DNA from: a virus
Reading direction: 5' to 3' (one strand)
Virus record (IMG/VR): IMGVR_UViG_3300027708_001885
Coordinates: 1-64,000 of that record
DNA length: 64,000 nt
In this document: positions 42,032 to 50,580 of the stretch, piece by piece
Numbering within the stretch: the stretch's first letter is position 1
Layout: each line of letters opens with the position of its first letter
The notes under the pieces: model-generated
The model's input: the letters and a program-made list of their open reading frames with translations, nothing else
Told to the model about the DNA's origin: nothing
The model's database searches: none
Position numbers and translations under genes: made by a program

Positions 42032-42544
42032 CTATGTTAATTTTATTATATTTACGCCAGATTTTTCTAAAAACTCTACTCCTGACTTGTCCCTATAACT
42101 ATTGCGGTAATATACGCTAGATATGCCGGCGCCATATATGCTTTTAGCACACTCCAAACACGGAGAGTGAGTGACAAACATAGACGCACCGGTTCCGCCG
42201 ACTCCGCCCCGTTTGGCTAATTTATCTAACGCATTTCGTTCAGCATGAAGCACCTCTGGTTTAGTTTTTAATCCATAACGTACATCACGTTGGGCACCTT
42301 CATGCCATCCTTCGTAAGGATATTTGGCTTCAAATTCGTCAGGGTCAAGCCAACCACCTGCTCCTGCATCCCACACTCGATCTTCACAGTTGTTATCCCA
42401 CCCTGCAGGCATACCATTGTAGCCATAGCTGATAACACTGTCGTCTTTGACAATGACAGCACCAACTTGCAATCGTACAGCATGACTTAATTGGGCAGTC
42501 CGATCTGCCCAGTCCATATACAAGTCTATAAATTTTTGTTTCAT
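42032..42544 (-). CDS. dCMP deaminase
   Basis: GYNG, HAE, SPCLEC. Confidence 0.92.
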   Translation of the reverse strand: MKQKFIDLYMDWADRTAQLSHAVRLQVGAVIVKDDSVISYGYNGMPAGWDNNCEDRVWDAGAGGWLDPDEFEAKYPYEGWHEGAQRDVRYGLKTKPEVLHAERNALDKLAKRGGVGGTGASMFVTHSPCLECAKSIYGAGISSVYYRNSYRDKSGVEFLEKSGVNIIKLT

Positions 42545-43296
42545 TTGTATTCACTTCCGTCTTTTGAATTATATTTTACATCTGGATCAAAGTGTTCGAA
42601 CTGATCGTATCCTGGTTCGTCGGGTAACACCCGTTTACCTACAAACCAATTACCGATGTGTTTAATTATGTTTTTACCGTAATAATTTTTTACATTGGCA
42701 GAAGTTTGTACTTTTTGTTCTGCTAATACTCTGCCTATAAGACCTTCATTGAGATTATGATCGTAGAATTGTTTATAGGGGATTTTTGTTGCACTCAAAG
42801 GATATAGACTAGCCATTGGTGAAAATATGACACTACCTTTAGTGTATCTAAAATTTTTGTATATTAGATCAGTAGATTCTGCTTTTGGGTCTGTCTCGGT
42901 TGCATACCATGCTTGCCTTGCCAATTGAATTTGGCTTATTTCAAGATCGCTATTCAGCAACTCTATTAAATCGGTGATCAATACAGGCTGTTGTATCAGT
43001 ACATCATCTTCCATATGGAAAACATAATCGTAATCTCTATCTTTAATTAGATCCCAGAATTGACTCCATGTAACACTTAGACCTAAATTTTCTTCATGCA
43101 GTATAATCTCATCATATCCAAACAACTTAACCAATTCAGTTATCATTAAGTTATTTCTAGTCTTAGGATAATCGTCTATAAAAATTTTATGTACTTCACA
43201 ACCGTAGAAATTTAAATTAGCTTGACACTGTAGGGTTGGGATTAGATATTCTAATCTATTTGTAGAAAACACAACCTGACAGATTTTATAGGTCAT
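42541..43296 (-). CDS. GT2-like glycosyltransferase
   Basis: IDD, NLGL, HMEDD, HIG. Confidence 0.7.
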   Translation of the reverse strand: MTYKICQVVFSTNRLEYLIPTLQCQANLNFYGCEVHKIFIDDYPKTRNNLMITELVKLFGYDEIILHEENLGLSVTWSQFWDLIKDRDYDYVFHMEDDVLIQQPVLITDLIELLNSDLEISQIQLARQAWYATETDPKAESTDLIYKNFRYTKGSVIFSPMASLYPLSATKIPYKQFYDHNLNEGLIGRVLAEQKVQTSANVKNYYGKNIIKHIGNWFVGKRVLPDEPGYDQFEHFDPDVKYNSKDGSEYK

Positions 43297-43844
43297 TAGT
43301 ATGCCTCTACGTCAAAAAAGAATGTTTGGAACAATCGACCATTTTCTTTACTGTCACCGAAGTAATCTAAACTTGCATGAAACAGGTCACCTCTGTAGAG
43401 TATAAGTCTGTTGTACTTGTTGCCTATTCTATCGAATAAATCCCACTTGGTATAATCGTATCCTTCATGATAAGATTCGGTACGTCTATATTCGCCTGTT
43501 GCCTTATGTCGATATAAACCTGTGCCTCCTGTGTATGGTGCATCTGGTGTTAGATAGCATACTCCTGCCCATTGATTATAGTGATCGGCATGTATCCATG
43601 TTCTGTCCTGTGCAGTAGCCAATTGAAAAGCCCCAGTACATCCTTGATTCTCAAACCAGTTAGTTACATTACCGACAGAATTCATCCAATACTGTATTGC
43701 ATCTTTAACATCATCTGGCAGGTAGGGTTTTGTTCGTACTCCGGGATAGTTACCTGTAACATCAAACGATTGTTCTAGTGCATATTTTCTTACAGCATCT
43801 GGATCGCTATAAAAATTATCAACAATTAATAATTCTAAATTCAT
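43296..43844 (-). CDS. 2OG-Fe(II) oxygenase-like protein
   Basis: IVDNFY.DP, HAD, GGT, NRL, FH, RL. Confidence 0.75.
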   Translation of the reverse strand: MNLELLIVDNFYSDPDAVRKYALEQSFDVTGNYPGVRTKPYLPDDVKDAIQYWMNSVGNVTNWFENQGCTGAFQLATAQDRTWIHADHYNQWAGVCYLTPDAPYTGGTGLYRHKATGEYRRTESYHEGYDYTKWDLFDRIGNKYNRLILYRGDLFHASLDYFGDSKENGRLFQTFFFDVEAY

Positions 43845-43845
43845 A

Positions 43846-44607
43846 TTAATACCTTAAAAATTGACCACCAGCTCCGTCCCACCCGTATACTACCCAATCT
43901 GTTTCAATAATATTTGGCTCATATACTCTTGTAAAAAAGTATAACAAGGTTTCTACATCATATATCGAACCGTTAGGGTGATTGGTAAATGTTGCAATGA
44001 CTCTGTAAATATCTAATATTCTGTCCATATTCATTCTGCCCCATCCGTATAGGACAGACGAGTACTGATAGAGTTTATTATCATTTTGAATAGCACGACG
44101 ATCTACTATTTGATAATTCCAGCTGTCATTCCATTCATACTTGAAAGGATGTTTAAAGAAGATTTTATCGAGATTTTCTTCATTGAGCAAACTGGTATCA
44201 AAATTACTATCAACAAAATACCGTCCACTCATTTTAAAGTAGTAGTCGTATCCGTCTAAAACACTTCTGTACTTTTCGATGAACTTGACCAACATTAACG
44301 ACTCGCCGAAACTCTTGTTAGGGTGTGTTCTGACTAATTCAAATATATCAGGAAATTCTTCCTTAACTGACACAAACACAAGATTTTTCTGATAACCTAG
44401 TGTAGACTTATATTGCTCGTAATCTTCTGATGCATCAATTAGAAAAATAGTAGTATCAGCTCCAGCCATCATATCAAGTGATGCTATAGTAAAGATGGTG
44501 TGTTTAAATCTATCAGCACTTGAAAAGGTTGTTCGTACCTTACTGTATGTAAGTGGGTTAGTATTATCGACATCAATAACACTGGTAATTAAAAATGCTT
44601 TTTTCAT
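43846..44607 (-). CDS. Probable glycosyltransferase-like protein
   Basis: KS.GE, FKMSGRY motifs; in sugar-modification cluster. Confidence 0.55.
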   Translation of the reverse strand: MKKAFLITSVIDVDNTNPLTYSKVRTTFSSADRFKHTIFTIASLDMMAGADTTIFLIDASEDYEQYKSTLGYQKNLVFVSVKEEFPDIFELVRTHPNKSFGESLMLVKFIEKYRSVLDGYDYYFKMSGRYFVDSNFDTSLLNEENLDKIFFKHPFKYEWNDSWNYQIVDRRAIQNDNKLYQYSSVLYGWGRMNMDRILDIYRVIATFTNHPNGSIYDVETLLYFFTRVYEPNIIETDWVVYGWDGAGGQFLRY

Positions 44608-45626
44608 TCTCTGTAAAAATCCTTAGCCTGTAGTTTCTTAAAATATTCATCAAATTTTTTGTGTACTACAGATTCCTCGCAGTTGACCCATGCCCAATCT
44701 CTACAGGCTTTGGGATCTATGAGATGTATGTTTTTTAATGCTGTAACAAATTCTTTAAACTCTCTGCAACGATATCCCGTAACACCGTGTACTACTGTTT
44801 CAGTAAAACCACCCCAGTCTGTTGTAATTGCAGGTGTACCGCAGAAATACCCCTCAACCACCATATTGCCAAACGGCTCGACATAGTAAGTGGGCCCAAT
44901 AATGGCCTGTGCATCACGCATCAATTCTTTTCTTTGATCGGAGCCAACTAGTCCTACACAGGTTACGTGCTCGGGTATTTCTTTATATCCCATATCCGTG
45001 AGACTACCCGGACCAGCAATGATTAGCTTATGTCCAGATTTCTCTGTAGCCTGTATCGCAATGTGTATGCCTTTACTTTCAATTACACGGCCGAAGTACA
45101 GTATATAGTCTTTCTTTTTTGCAGAATATTCAAACTCGTCGGCACTAAATCCATTTGGAATAACTGCATCATACCAGCTGGGAGTCATCAACATACCTCG
45201 TTCACCATACATCATATGTTGCTGTGCATAGCTGACAAATACTCGATAAGGCGCAAATACTGCTTTAGTTTCGTAACCGATGCTTGGTTCGACAATCAAT
45301 AGGTCCTTATTTGCTTCGGCTGCTTCTCGATTCTCCCAACCATGGAAACACATGATTAAATCGCCGGTACGTTTACGCAGGGCAATTTCTTTGCCTGCAC
45401 GTTTATTGTATTCTTTTATGTTAGTTTGATTATCATTATATATGTTAGGCAAACACACTATGGTTTTACACGGCACCTGGCACCCTACAATACCGTAATG
45501 AACACAATCCCATCCTAGCTTCTGCATGTTCTCGACAAATTTTATCACAGCTATTGAGAACGCATCTATCCTTCTATCAATATGAACAGGACTGTATGGA
45601 CTACTTAAAATGTGCAATGTTGACAT
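44604..45626 (-). CDS. GT4 family glycosyltransferase
   Basis: GR...KG, EPFG..VVE...GTP. Confidence 0.88.
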   Translation of the reverse strand: MSTLHILSSPYSPVHIDRRIDAFSIAVIKFVENMQKLGWDCVHYGIVGCQVPCKTIVCLPNIYNDNQTNIKEYNKRAGKEIALRKRTGDLIMCFHGWENREAAEANKDLLIVEPSIGYETKAVFAPYRVFVSYAQQHMMYGERGMLMTPSWYDAVIPNGFSADEFEYSAKKKDYILYFGRVIESKGIHIAIQATEKSGHKLIIAGPGSLTDMGYKEIPEHVTCVGLVGSDQRKELMRDAQAIIGPTYYVEPFGNMVVEGYFCGTPAITTDWGGFTETVVHGVTGYRCREFKEFVTALKNIHLIDPKACRDWAWVNCEESVVHKKFDEYFKKLQAKDFYRE

Positions 45627-45648
45627 ATTATTAATTATCGCTAATCAA

Positions 45649-45723
45649 TGGCCGGCCCTGCAGGAATTGAACCCACATCGCATGGTTCGAAGCCACGTAT
45701 TCTATCCATTGAACTAAGGGCCG
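45649..45723 (-). tRNA. tRNA-Arg(UCG)
   Basis: Cloverleaf, CT-TCG-AA loop, CCA. Confidence 0.9.
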
Positions 45724-45727
45724 CAAA

Positions 45728-46207
45728 TTAAGTAGCAAACCAAACTTCATCAAACCCTTCTTCCAAAGAAGGTGGGTCTGCTGTTAGATCAAAAGCCATT
45801 TGTTCTACTACACTTATTGGAATCTCTTTACCAGGTCGACTTGCTAAACGCTTGGCTAATTCTTCTTTTTCAGGAGTCTTAAACACTACTGCAATCTTGT
45901 AGTAGTCTGGCAACATGTTGAACTTACGAGCACGACTTGCAATAGTTGTACTGGTCTGATCCCAAATGATATCACGCTTCATTTCACGGGCCGCAATTAC
46001 TTCCTTGGCCATGAGATCAACAGCAGTGGGCATGAAATCTGTAAACACTTCGGAATAGGTACGACCCACTTCCTTGGCATAGATTTCAACCCACTTGTCT
46101 GTACTGATGCGAGCACAGGTTATTGCCCATTCCTGATCATCTACCCATGTAGACTTACCTGAACCAGGCACTCCGACTAGTACATATAATTTACATCGTT
46201 GGTCCAT
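45728..46207 (-). CDS. P-loop kinase (polynucleotide kinase-like)
   Basis: GVPGSGKST, ISTD, DQT. Confidence 0.8.
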   Translation of the reverse strand: MDQRCKLYVLVGVPGSGKSTWVDDQEWAITCARISTDKWVEIYAKEVGRTYSEVFTDFMPTAVDLMAKEVIAAREMKRDIIWDQTSTTIASRARKFNMLPDYYKIAVVFKTPEKEELAKRLASRPGKEIPISVVEQMAFDLTADPPSLEEGFDEVWFAT

Positions 46208-46796
46208 TGCCGTTCCTAAATGTAATTGATCCACCTTCTTCAACAATGCGCTTTTTTACATCCTCGAACAAGATGGGCGCAAAGTCCGGAGTCTGCTCAA
46301 CGCAAACACAATGATAACGAACATCGTTCTCGTCGCTGTACAAGACTTCTCCTGTACGGGCATCGACACCCCTGGCCTTCTTGACACGATTTGCATGTAA
46401 ATGACCGTGAACGTTAACACCGAATCGACCTAAGCTGTCACTATGTAAAGGAATATGACTAAAGATCATACCCTCTACAACGTGATAGGCTCGCAATTCA
46501 CGGAAGTAAGCTCTGTATTCGTCATCTCGGAAGATGTCGTGGTTACCGCGGATTAAGACCTTGTCGCCGTTCAAGCGAGCTAATGTCTTTAATGCCTTAC
46601 GGTTAATAACCACATCGCCCAAATGATATATTTTATCTGTGGGCTTAACACGTTCGTTCCAAGCCTTGACCATGGCTTCGTCCATTTCTTCAGGACTGTC
46701 CCAAGGACGTAACTTTGTGACACCGTCGTTACGAGTGAACTTACAGACACCCATGTGTCCGAAGTGCGTATCACTCACTAAAAATGTCGCTGTCAT
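46191..46796 (-). CDS. Calcineurin-like metallophosphoesterase
   Basis: SDTHFGH, HLGD, GNHD, HGHLH. Confidence 0.9.
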   Translation of the reverse strand: MTATFLVSDTHFGHMGVCKFTRNDGVTKLRPWDSPEEMDEAMVKAWNERVKPTDKIYHLGDVVINRKALKTLARLNGDKVLIRGNHDIFRDDEYRAYFRELRAYHVVEGMIFSHIPLHSDSLGRFGVNVHGHLHANRVKKARGVDARTGEVLYSDENDVRYHCVCVEQTPDFAPILFEDVKKRIVEEGGSITFRNGNGPTM

Positions 46797-47034
46797 ATTC
46801 TATCCTTTCTTTCTTTACTCGCCCTATTCGGCTAGCCTTGTTCCAATCATAGTCGACTCCATCAGGACACTTTCCGTCCTTAACAGCGTCAACGCCAAAT
46901 ATGCCACACACTTCAAAGTCCGGACCTTTGATAGTCACAAACATTCCAACGGTCTTGGCAAATGCCATGGCACCATCTAGTGTGTCGCTTCCGAATAGTG
47001 GCAAGCCACTTTTGCTTATTATATTATATATCAT
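46771..47034 (-). CDS. Hypothetical protein
   Basis: ORF in operon. Confidence 0.55.
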   Translation of the reverse strand: MIYNIISKSGLPLFGSDTLDGAMAFAKTVGMFVTIKGPDFEVCGIFGVDAVKDGKCPDGVDYDWNKASRIGRVKKERIEYDSDIFSE

Positions 47035-47491
47035 TTTTAAAAGTTCGCCAATCATCAATGTTTGGCTTTTCGTTTTCATCATATGTCCAACCTAAAGCCT
47101 TCATCATGCGATGCTTGACTAGTAGGTTAGGGCTGCGGAATCTGCCAGTATCTTCAAAACCCATCATGACTCCGACTTCGCACACTGCACCACTACGGCA
47201 GATACCCATTGTACAATGCACGACTACATTCATTCTGTTAGATAATGCATGTTGCAGTAATCGAACAAGCTCGTCGGCTTGTTCTTGACTACATCTCATT
47301 GCTTCGTCTAAAGCAAAATCATTCTTTTCGATATCAAGGAACTCAAAATTATGACGCTCTTTGAATACGTGTTTTGCTTCTGGCTTCCAACCTGCAGGAT
47401 CAGTAATGCTGATCAGCATACTATTCTCTCCGGCTTCATGATGAAACCTAGTAGGTATATCATCAGCAGCTACGTTTTCAATCCAGGGCAT
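47024..47491 (-). CDS. Cys-based (CX5R) phosphatase
   Basis: VHCTMGICRSG, EFLD, PN. Confidence 0.85.
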   Translation of the reverse strand: MPWIENVAADDIPTRFHHEAGENSMLISITDPAGWKPEAKHVFKERHNFEFLDIEKNDFALDEAMRCSQEQADELVRLLQHALSNRMNVVVHCTMGICRSGAVCEVGVMMGFEDTGRFRSPNLLVKHRMMKALGWTYDENEKPNIDDWRTFKNDI

Positions 47492-47561
47492 TTTATTCTC
47501 CTTATTATGTATATATTATAGCAGTATTTTACCAATCTGTCAAGTAAGTAAATAGTATTAT

Positions 47562-47783
47562 ATGTCACAATCTAAGACTCATTTGCAAGAAAAGCTAGCC
47601 GAACTCGACGAGTTGTTAGAGCATTATTCTCACGCCACAAAAGGCGAAACCCTTGCCGCCCAAAGAGGGCTATTGCAAGGGTGGTTGGCTAGAATCGCGG
47701 CAACGGATTATATCGTGGCAAACGAACTTAAAGAGCGATTGTACTTGGCTACGAACGGGCAGAAGCCTTCAAAAGGTACATAG
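47562..47783 (+). CDS. Hypothetical protein
   Basis: TAAATA just upstream. Confidence 0.5.
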   Translation: MSQSKTHLQEKLAELDELLEHYSHATKGETLAAQRGLLQGWLARIAATDYIVANELKERLYLATNGQKPSKGT

Positions 47784-48012
47784 TAACTTCCGGACCTTCA
47801 ACTTTGACTAGATCGTTGGGATACTTTCTATTACCTTGATACCAAGAATAATTGCCGTAATCAAGTTCCCAAACTGTAACCATCTTAGCATTAAGTTTTT
47901 TGACGGTGCCGAATTCAAGAGTATTTCGATTAGGATAGCATACTGCATCTCCTATTTTAAGAATACGTCCTAATTTGTCTTTATGTTCGATTGGTTCTTT
48001 TGTTTTTGACAT
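47749..48012 (-). CDS. Hypothetical SH3-like protein
   Basis: DKLGR.LKIGD.V. Confidence 0.6.
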   Translation of the reverse strand: MSKTKEPIEHKDKLGRILKIGDAVCYPNRNTLEFGTVKKLNAKMVTVWELDYGNYSWYQGNRKYPNDLVKVEGPEVTMYLLKASARS

Positions 48013-48026
48013 AATGTGATTTAGAA

Positions 48027-48100
48027 TGGAGCGGGTAGCGAGAATCGAACTCGCAAATTAACTTTGGCAAAGTTATAGGTTACCATTACATCATACCCGC
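48027..48100 (-). tRNA. tRNA-Gly(GCC)
   Basis: Cloverleaf, U73-CCA. Confidence 0.9.
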
Positions 48101-48125
48101 GATGTTTTTATTTACCTACTAAAAT

Positions 48126-48246
48126 AACAGGTTCTCATTTTTGTGCTACCAATACACCAACACAGTTGACCAAACTGTGTCCAGGATTCGAACCTGGTCC
48201 GTCTTTTTTGCAGAAAGTTTAATAAGATTGCTGAAAAGAACCTAAA
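48126..48246 (-). ncRNA. YrlA/Y-RNA-like RNA with permuted tRNA domain (copy A)
   Basis: UAGGUUCU..UUCAGCAA 5-prime / AGAACCUG 3-prime closing stem; T arm, loop-closed acceptor stem, D arm in that order. Confidence 0.7.
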
Positions 48247-48257
48247 TGGTCAAATAA

Positions 48258-48378
48258 AACAGGCTACTTTTTTTGATGGCGATGAAGCCATTGCTCTACC
48301 ATTGAGCGAATTTGGGAAACCCCAAATGTTGGAATCGAACCAACGTGTCATAAATGACTTTGCTGAACGTAGCCTAAA
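48258..48378 (-). ncRNA. YrlA/Y-RNA-like RNA with permuted tRNA domain (copy B)
   Basis: Same terminal stem and UUCAGCAA; GTTGG-TTCGATT-CCAAC, closed acceptor, GCTC-AATGGTA-GAGC. Confidence 0.7.
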
Positions 48379-48380
48379 AC

Positions 48381-48456
48381 TGGTTGCAGAGCTTGGATTC
48401 GAACCAAGGATGGCAAAGGCTTATGAGACCTCGCTGGTGACCAGACCCTCTCTGCG
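48381..48456 (-). tRNA. tRNA-Met(CAU), initiator-like
   Basis: CAT anticodon, C1:A72 mismatch, CCA. Confidence 0.8.
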
Positions 48457-48605
48457 ATAATTGGTGGAGAACATTTTTGAGGTATCCCCTATGAAGCAGA
48501 TCACTGCTAACCTGTTACATCGCATTTTAGTACTATTACTTGCCCCAAAGATTAGGTACCTACCTTGGCCGCTCATACTGGATAATGTAACTTATCCGCT
48601 GTTCT

Positions 48606-48681
48606 TGGTGGAGGATATCAGGATCGAACTGATCACCTACTGCTTGCAAAGCAGCCGCTCTCCCAAATGAGCTAATCCCCC
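48606..48681 (-). tRNA. tRNA-Ala(UGC)
   Basis: Cloverleaf, G3:U70. Confidence 0.93.
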
Positions 48682-48686
48682 TAATA

Positions 48687-48764
48687 TGGTCGGACATGTA
48701 GGATTCAAACCTACGACCCTCGCGTCCCAAACGCGATGCGCTAATCAGGCTGCGCTAATGTCCG
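48687..48764 (-). tRNA. tRNA-Pro(UGG)
   Basis: Cloverleaf, CCA. Confidence 0.92.
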
Positions 48765-48894
48765 AAAATAAATTAGGGCACAACTATCTATCCTTACAGG
48801 ACCAATAACACTTATTACCGTATTACTGACGACCATTGTTATTTAAAATTAGCACAGCGTCGACTAAGGACTAGAAGTGCTGATCCCCTAAAAC

Positions 48895-48970
48895 TGGTAC
48901 CTGGTGACAGACTCGAACTGTCATCGCTCTCCGTGTAAAGGAGACGTATAACCTCTCTACGCAACCAGGC
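48895..48970 (-). tRNA. tRNA-Val(UAC)
   Basis: Cloverleaf, CCA. Confidence 0.9.
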
Positions 48971-48977
48971 AAAAATA

Positions 48978-49051
48978 TGGAGCGAGGTAGGAGAATCGAA
49001 CTCCTCGCTTTAGATTGGAAATCTAAGGTATTGCCACTATACGAACCCCGC
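48978..49051 (-). tRNA. tRNA-Gly(UCC)
   Basis: Cloverleaf, CCA. Confidence 0.92.
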
Positions 49052-49342
49052 ATACTTTATTGAAACACACTAACCGCTCTGTTCCTACTGTATGCCTACA
49101 GTTTGTATCCATTCGTTTAATACGTTTCAATAAAGTGTCTAGCTACCTACACCACATAGGCCCTAGACTGAGCGGTCTACTCTGTCTACGTATTTCTTCT
49201 TTTGGAAAAGGTTAGCGTTCCCCACCCAATGCGTTTCCAGTATCCCCCAACAGGGACTGATAGTCAATGCACTGCACACTTAGCACTCTCTATGGTGACT
49301 GCCCCACCCACTTTCATAACGTCAAAGTGTAACCCGGGTTTC

Positions 49343-49417
49343 TGGTGCCGAATGTCTGGTTCGAACAGACGACCTATCGCTTACAAGGCGATTGCACTAC
49401 CGCTGTGCTAATTCGGC
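49343..49417 (-). tRNA. tRNA-Thr(UGU)
   Basis: Cloverleaf, CCA. Confidence 0.93.
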
Positions 49418-49427
49418 TTAAATCTAT

Positions 49428-49700
49428 TTAACCACCTTGTGTGGTATCTCGTACTTCGCTATCTTTGCGAAGTTCTTCTTCCAACCATAACATCTTTTGA
49501 TGCCGATACATGTCTTCGCTCAATCCATGCCAACCAATACATTTGCCAGTTGGACTACGACCACAACCGCATGAACCAAATTCTTTTGGATTTTCTTTAA
49601 CTCTTACTTGCATATCTTTCTTTCCAAAAATTACATCATAGTTATTGCCAAACTCTTTTTGGCTAACACTATACGGACGAGGTCTACTGCCTTTGCTCAT
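49428..49700 (-). CDS. CDGSH-like iron-sulfur protein
   Basis: CGCGRSPTGKCIGWH resembles the CDGSH 3Cys-1His motif. Confidence 0.6.
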   Translation of the reverse strand: MSKGSRPRPYSVSQKEFGNNYDVIFGKKDMQVRVKENPKEFGSCGCGRSPTGKCIGWHGLSEDMYRHQKMLWLEEELRKDSEVRDTTQGG

Positions 49701-49930
49701 CAGCGGACTCTCTTTAAATACTCACGTCCTACAAGTCCTGCTTCAATTTCTTGAAGTGCAGTAATAGTTGGACTGTTGAGTCCCATGACCTGTTTAGCAT
49801 GACCACGGCGTAATTCTCGAACTCGAGCAGCCGCGATCAATACTAGATCAAATCTATTGCCTACCGCTTCGACACATTTATCCGTGTCAATGTTTTGCGG
49901 CGAAAACTTTGTCTTAATTATTTGTACCAT
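49700..49930 (-). CDS. rpoZ: RNA polymerase omega subunit homologue
   Basis: VGNRFDLVLIAAARVREL..ALQEIEAGLV. Confidence 0.88.
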   Translation of the reverse strand: MVQIIKTKFSPQNIDTDKCVEAVGNRFDLVLIAAARVRELRRGHAKQVMGLNSPTITALQEIEAGLVGREYLKRVR

Positions 49931-49956
49931 TTGCTACCTTTTGTTGAAAAAACTTT

Positions 49957-50031
49957 TGGCTCCTCAGACTGGGATCGAACCAATGACCGATCGGTTAACA
50001 GCCGATTGCTCTACCGCTGAGCTACTGAGGA
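49957..50031 (-). tRNA. tRNA-Asn(GUU)
   Basis: Cloverleaf, CCA. Confidence 0.93.
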
Positions 50032-50041
50032 ATATATTGTT

Positions 50042-50329
50042 TGGTGCTCCGAGCCGGACTCGAACCGGCACACCTTGCGGCGAGAGATTTTCTTACCACT
50101 ATAGTTTTCACTACCCTTGCGGTTTGATGGTCTGGACTATACCTTCATCATAGTATTACTACTTTAGATGCCCGCCGTCTAGTCTCTACACGTTCCCTTT
50201 CGGGCTTCGCTCGGTATTAGCATTTTACAGCCTTCACCGAATTTGACGGGTTCTACTCCTAGCATTTCCACTAGGGCACTCAAATTTTACTCTCAAGTCT
50301 CTTGTGTCTACCTATTTCACCATCGGAGC
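50042..50329 (-). tRNA. tRNA-Leu(UAA), intron-containing
   Basis: Exons 50295-50329 and 50042-50091 join to give CT-T^AA-AA loop, long variable arm, CCA. Confidence 0.9.
50092..50294 (-). mobile_element. Group I self-splicing intron in tRNA-Leu(UAA), no ORF
   Basis: 5-prime exon ends in U, intron ends in G; AAATTCGGTGAA, AATACCGAGC, GTAGAGACTAGACGG, AAGGTATAGTCC core elements. Confidence 0.9.
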
Positions 50330-50413
50330 ATTACCAAATTAAAACATACTACTAACAGGCGGTCGATATCAGCGTTAGCCAAGTCACTTACCCGTATGCA
50401 GTATGTTTTAATA

Positions 50414-50489
50414 TGGTGCCCTAGGAGAGACTCGAACTCTCAGAACCTGGTTTCTAAGACCAGTACGTATACCATTCCGTCACCAGGGC
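50414..50489 (-). tRNA. tRNA-Leu(UAG), short variable loop
   Basis: CT-TAG-AA loop; no long variable arm. Confidence 0.85.
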
Positions 50490-50496
50490 ATATATT

Positions 50497-50564
50497 TTTT
50501 AACGAACGTTGCTAAACTTGTTAGCCTATGTGTTTATTATACAGGGTATTTAACAACCTGTCAA
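50497..50564 (-). promoter_or_regulatory. sigma70 promoter with hairpin and boxA-like element
   Basis: TTGACA-17-TATAAT (50536-50564), GCTAA/TTAGC hairpin, CGTTCGTTAAAA. Confidence 0.75.
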
Positions 50565-50580
50565 CCCCTATCTAAATTAA

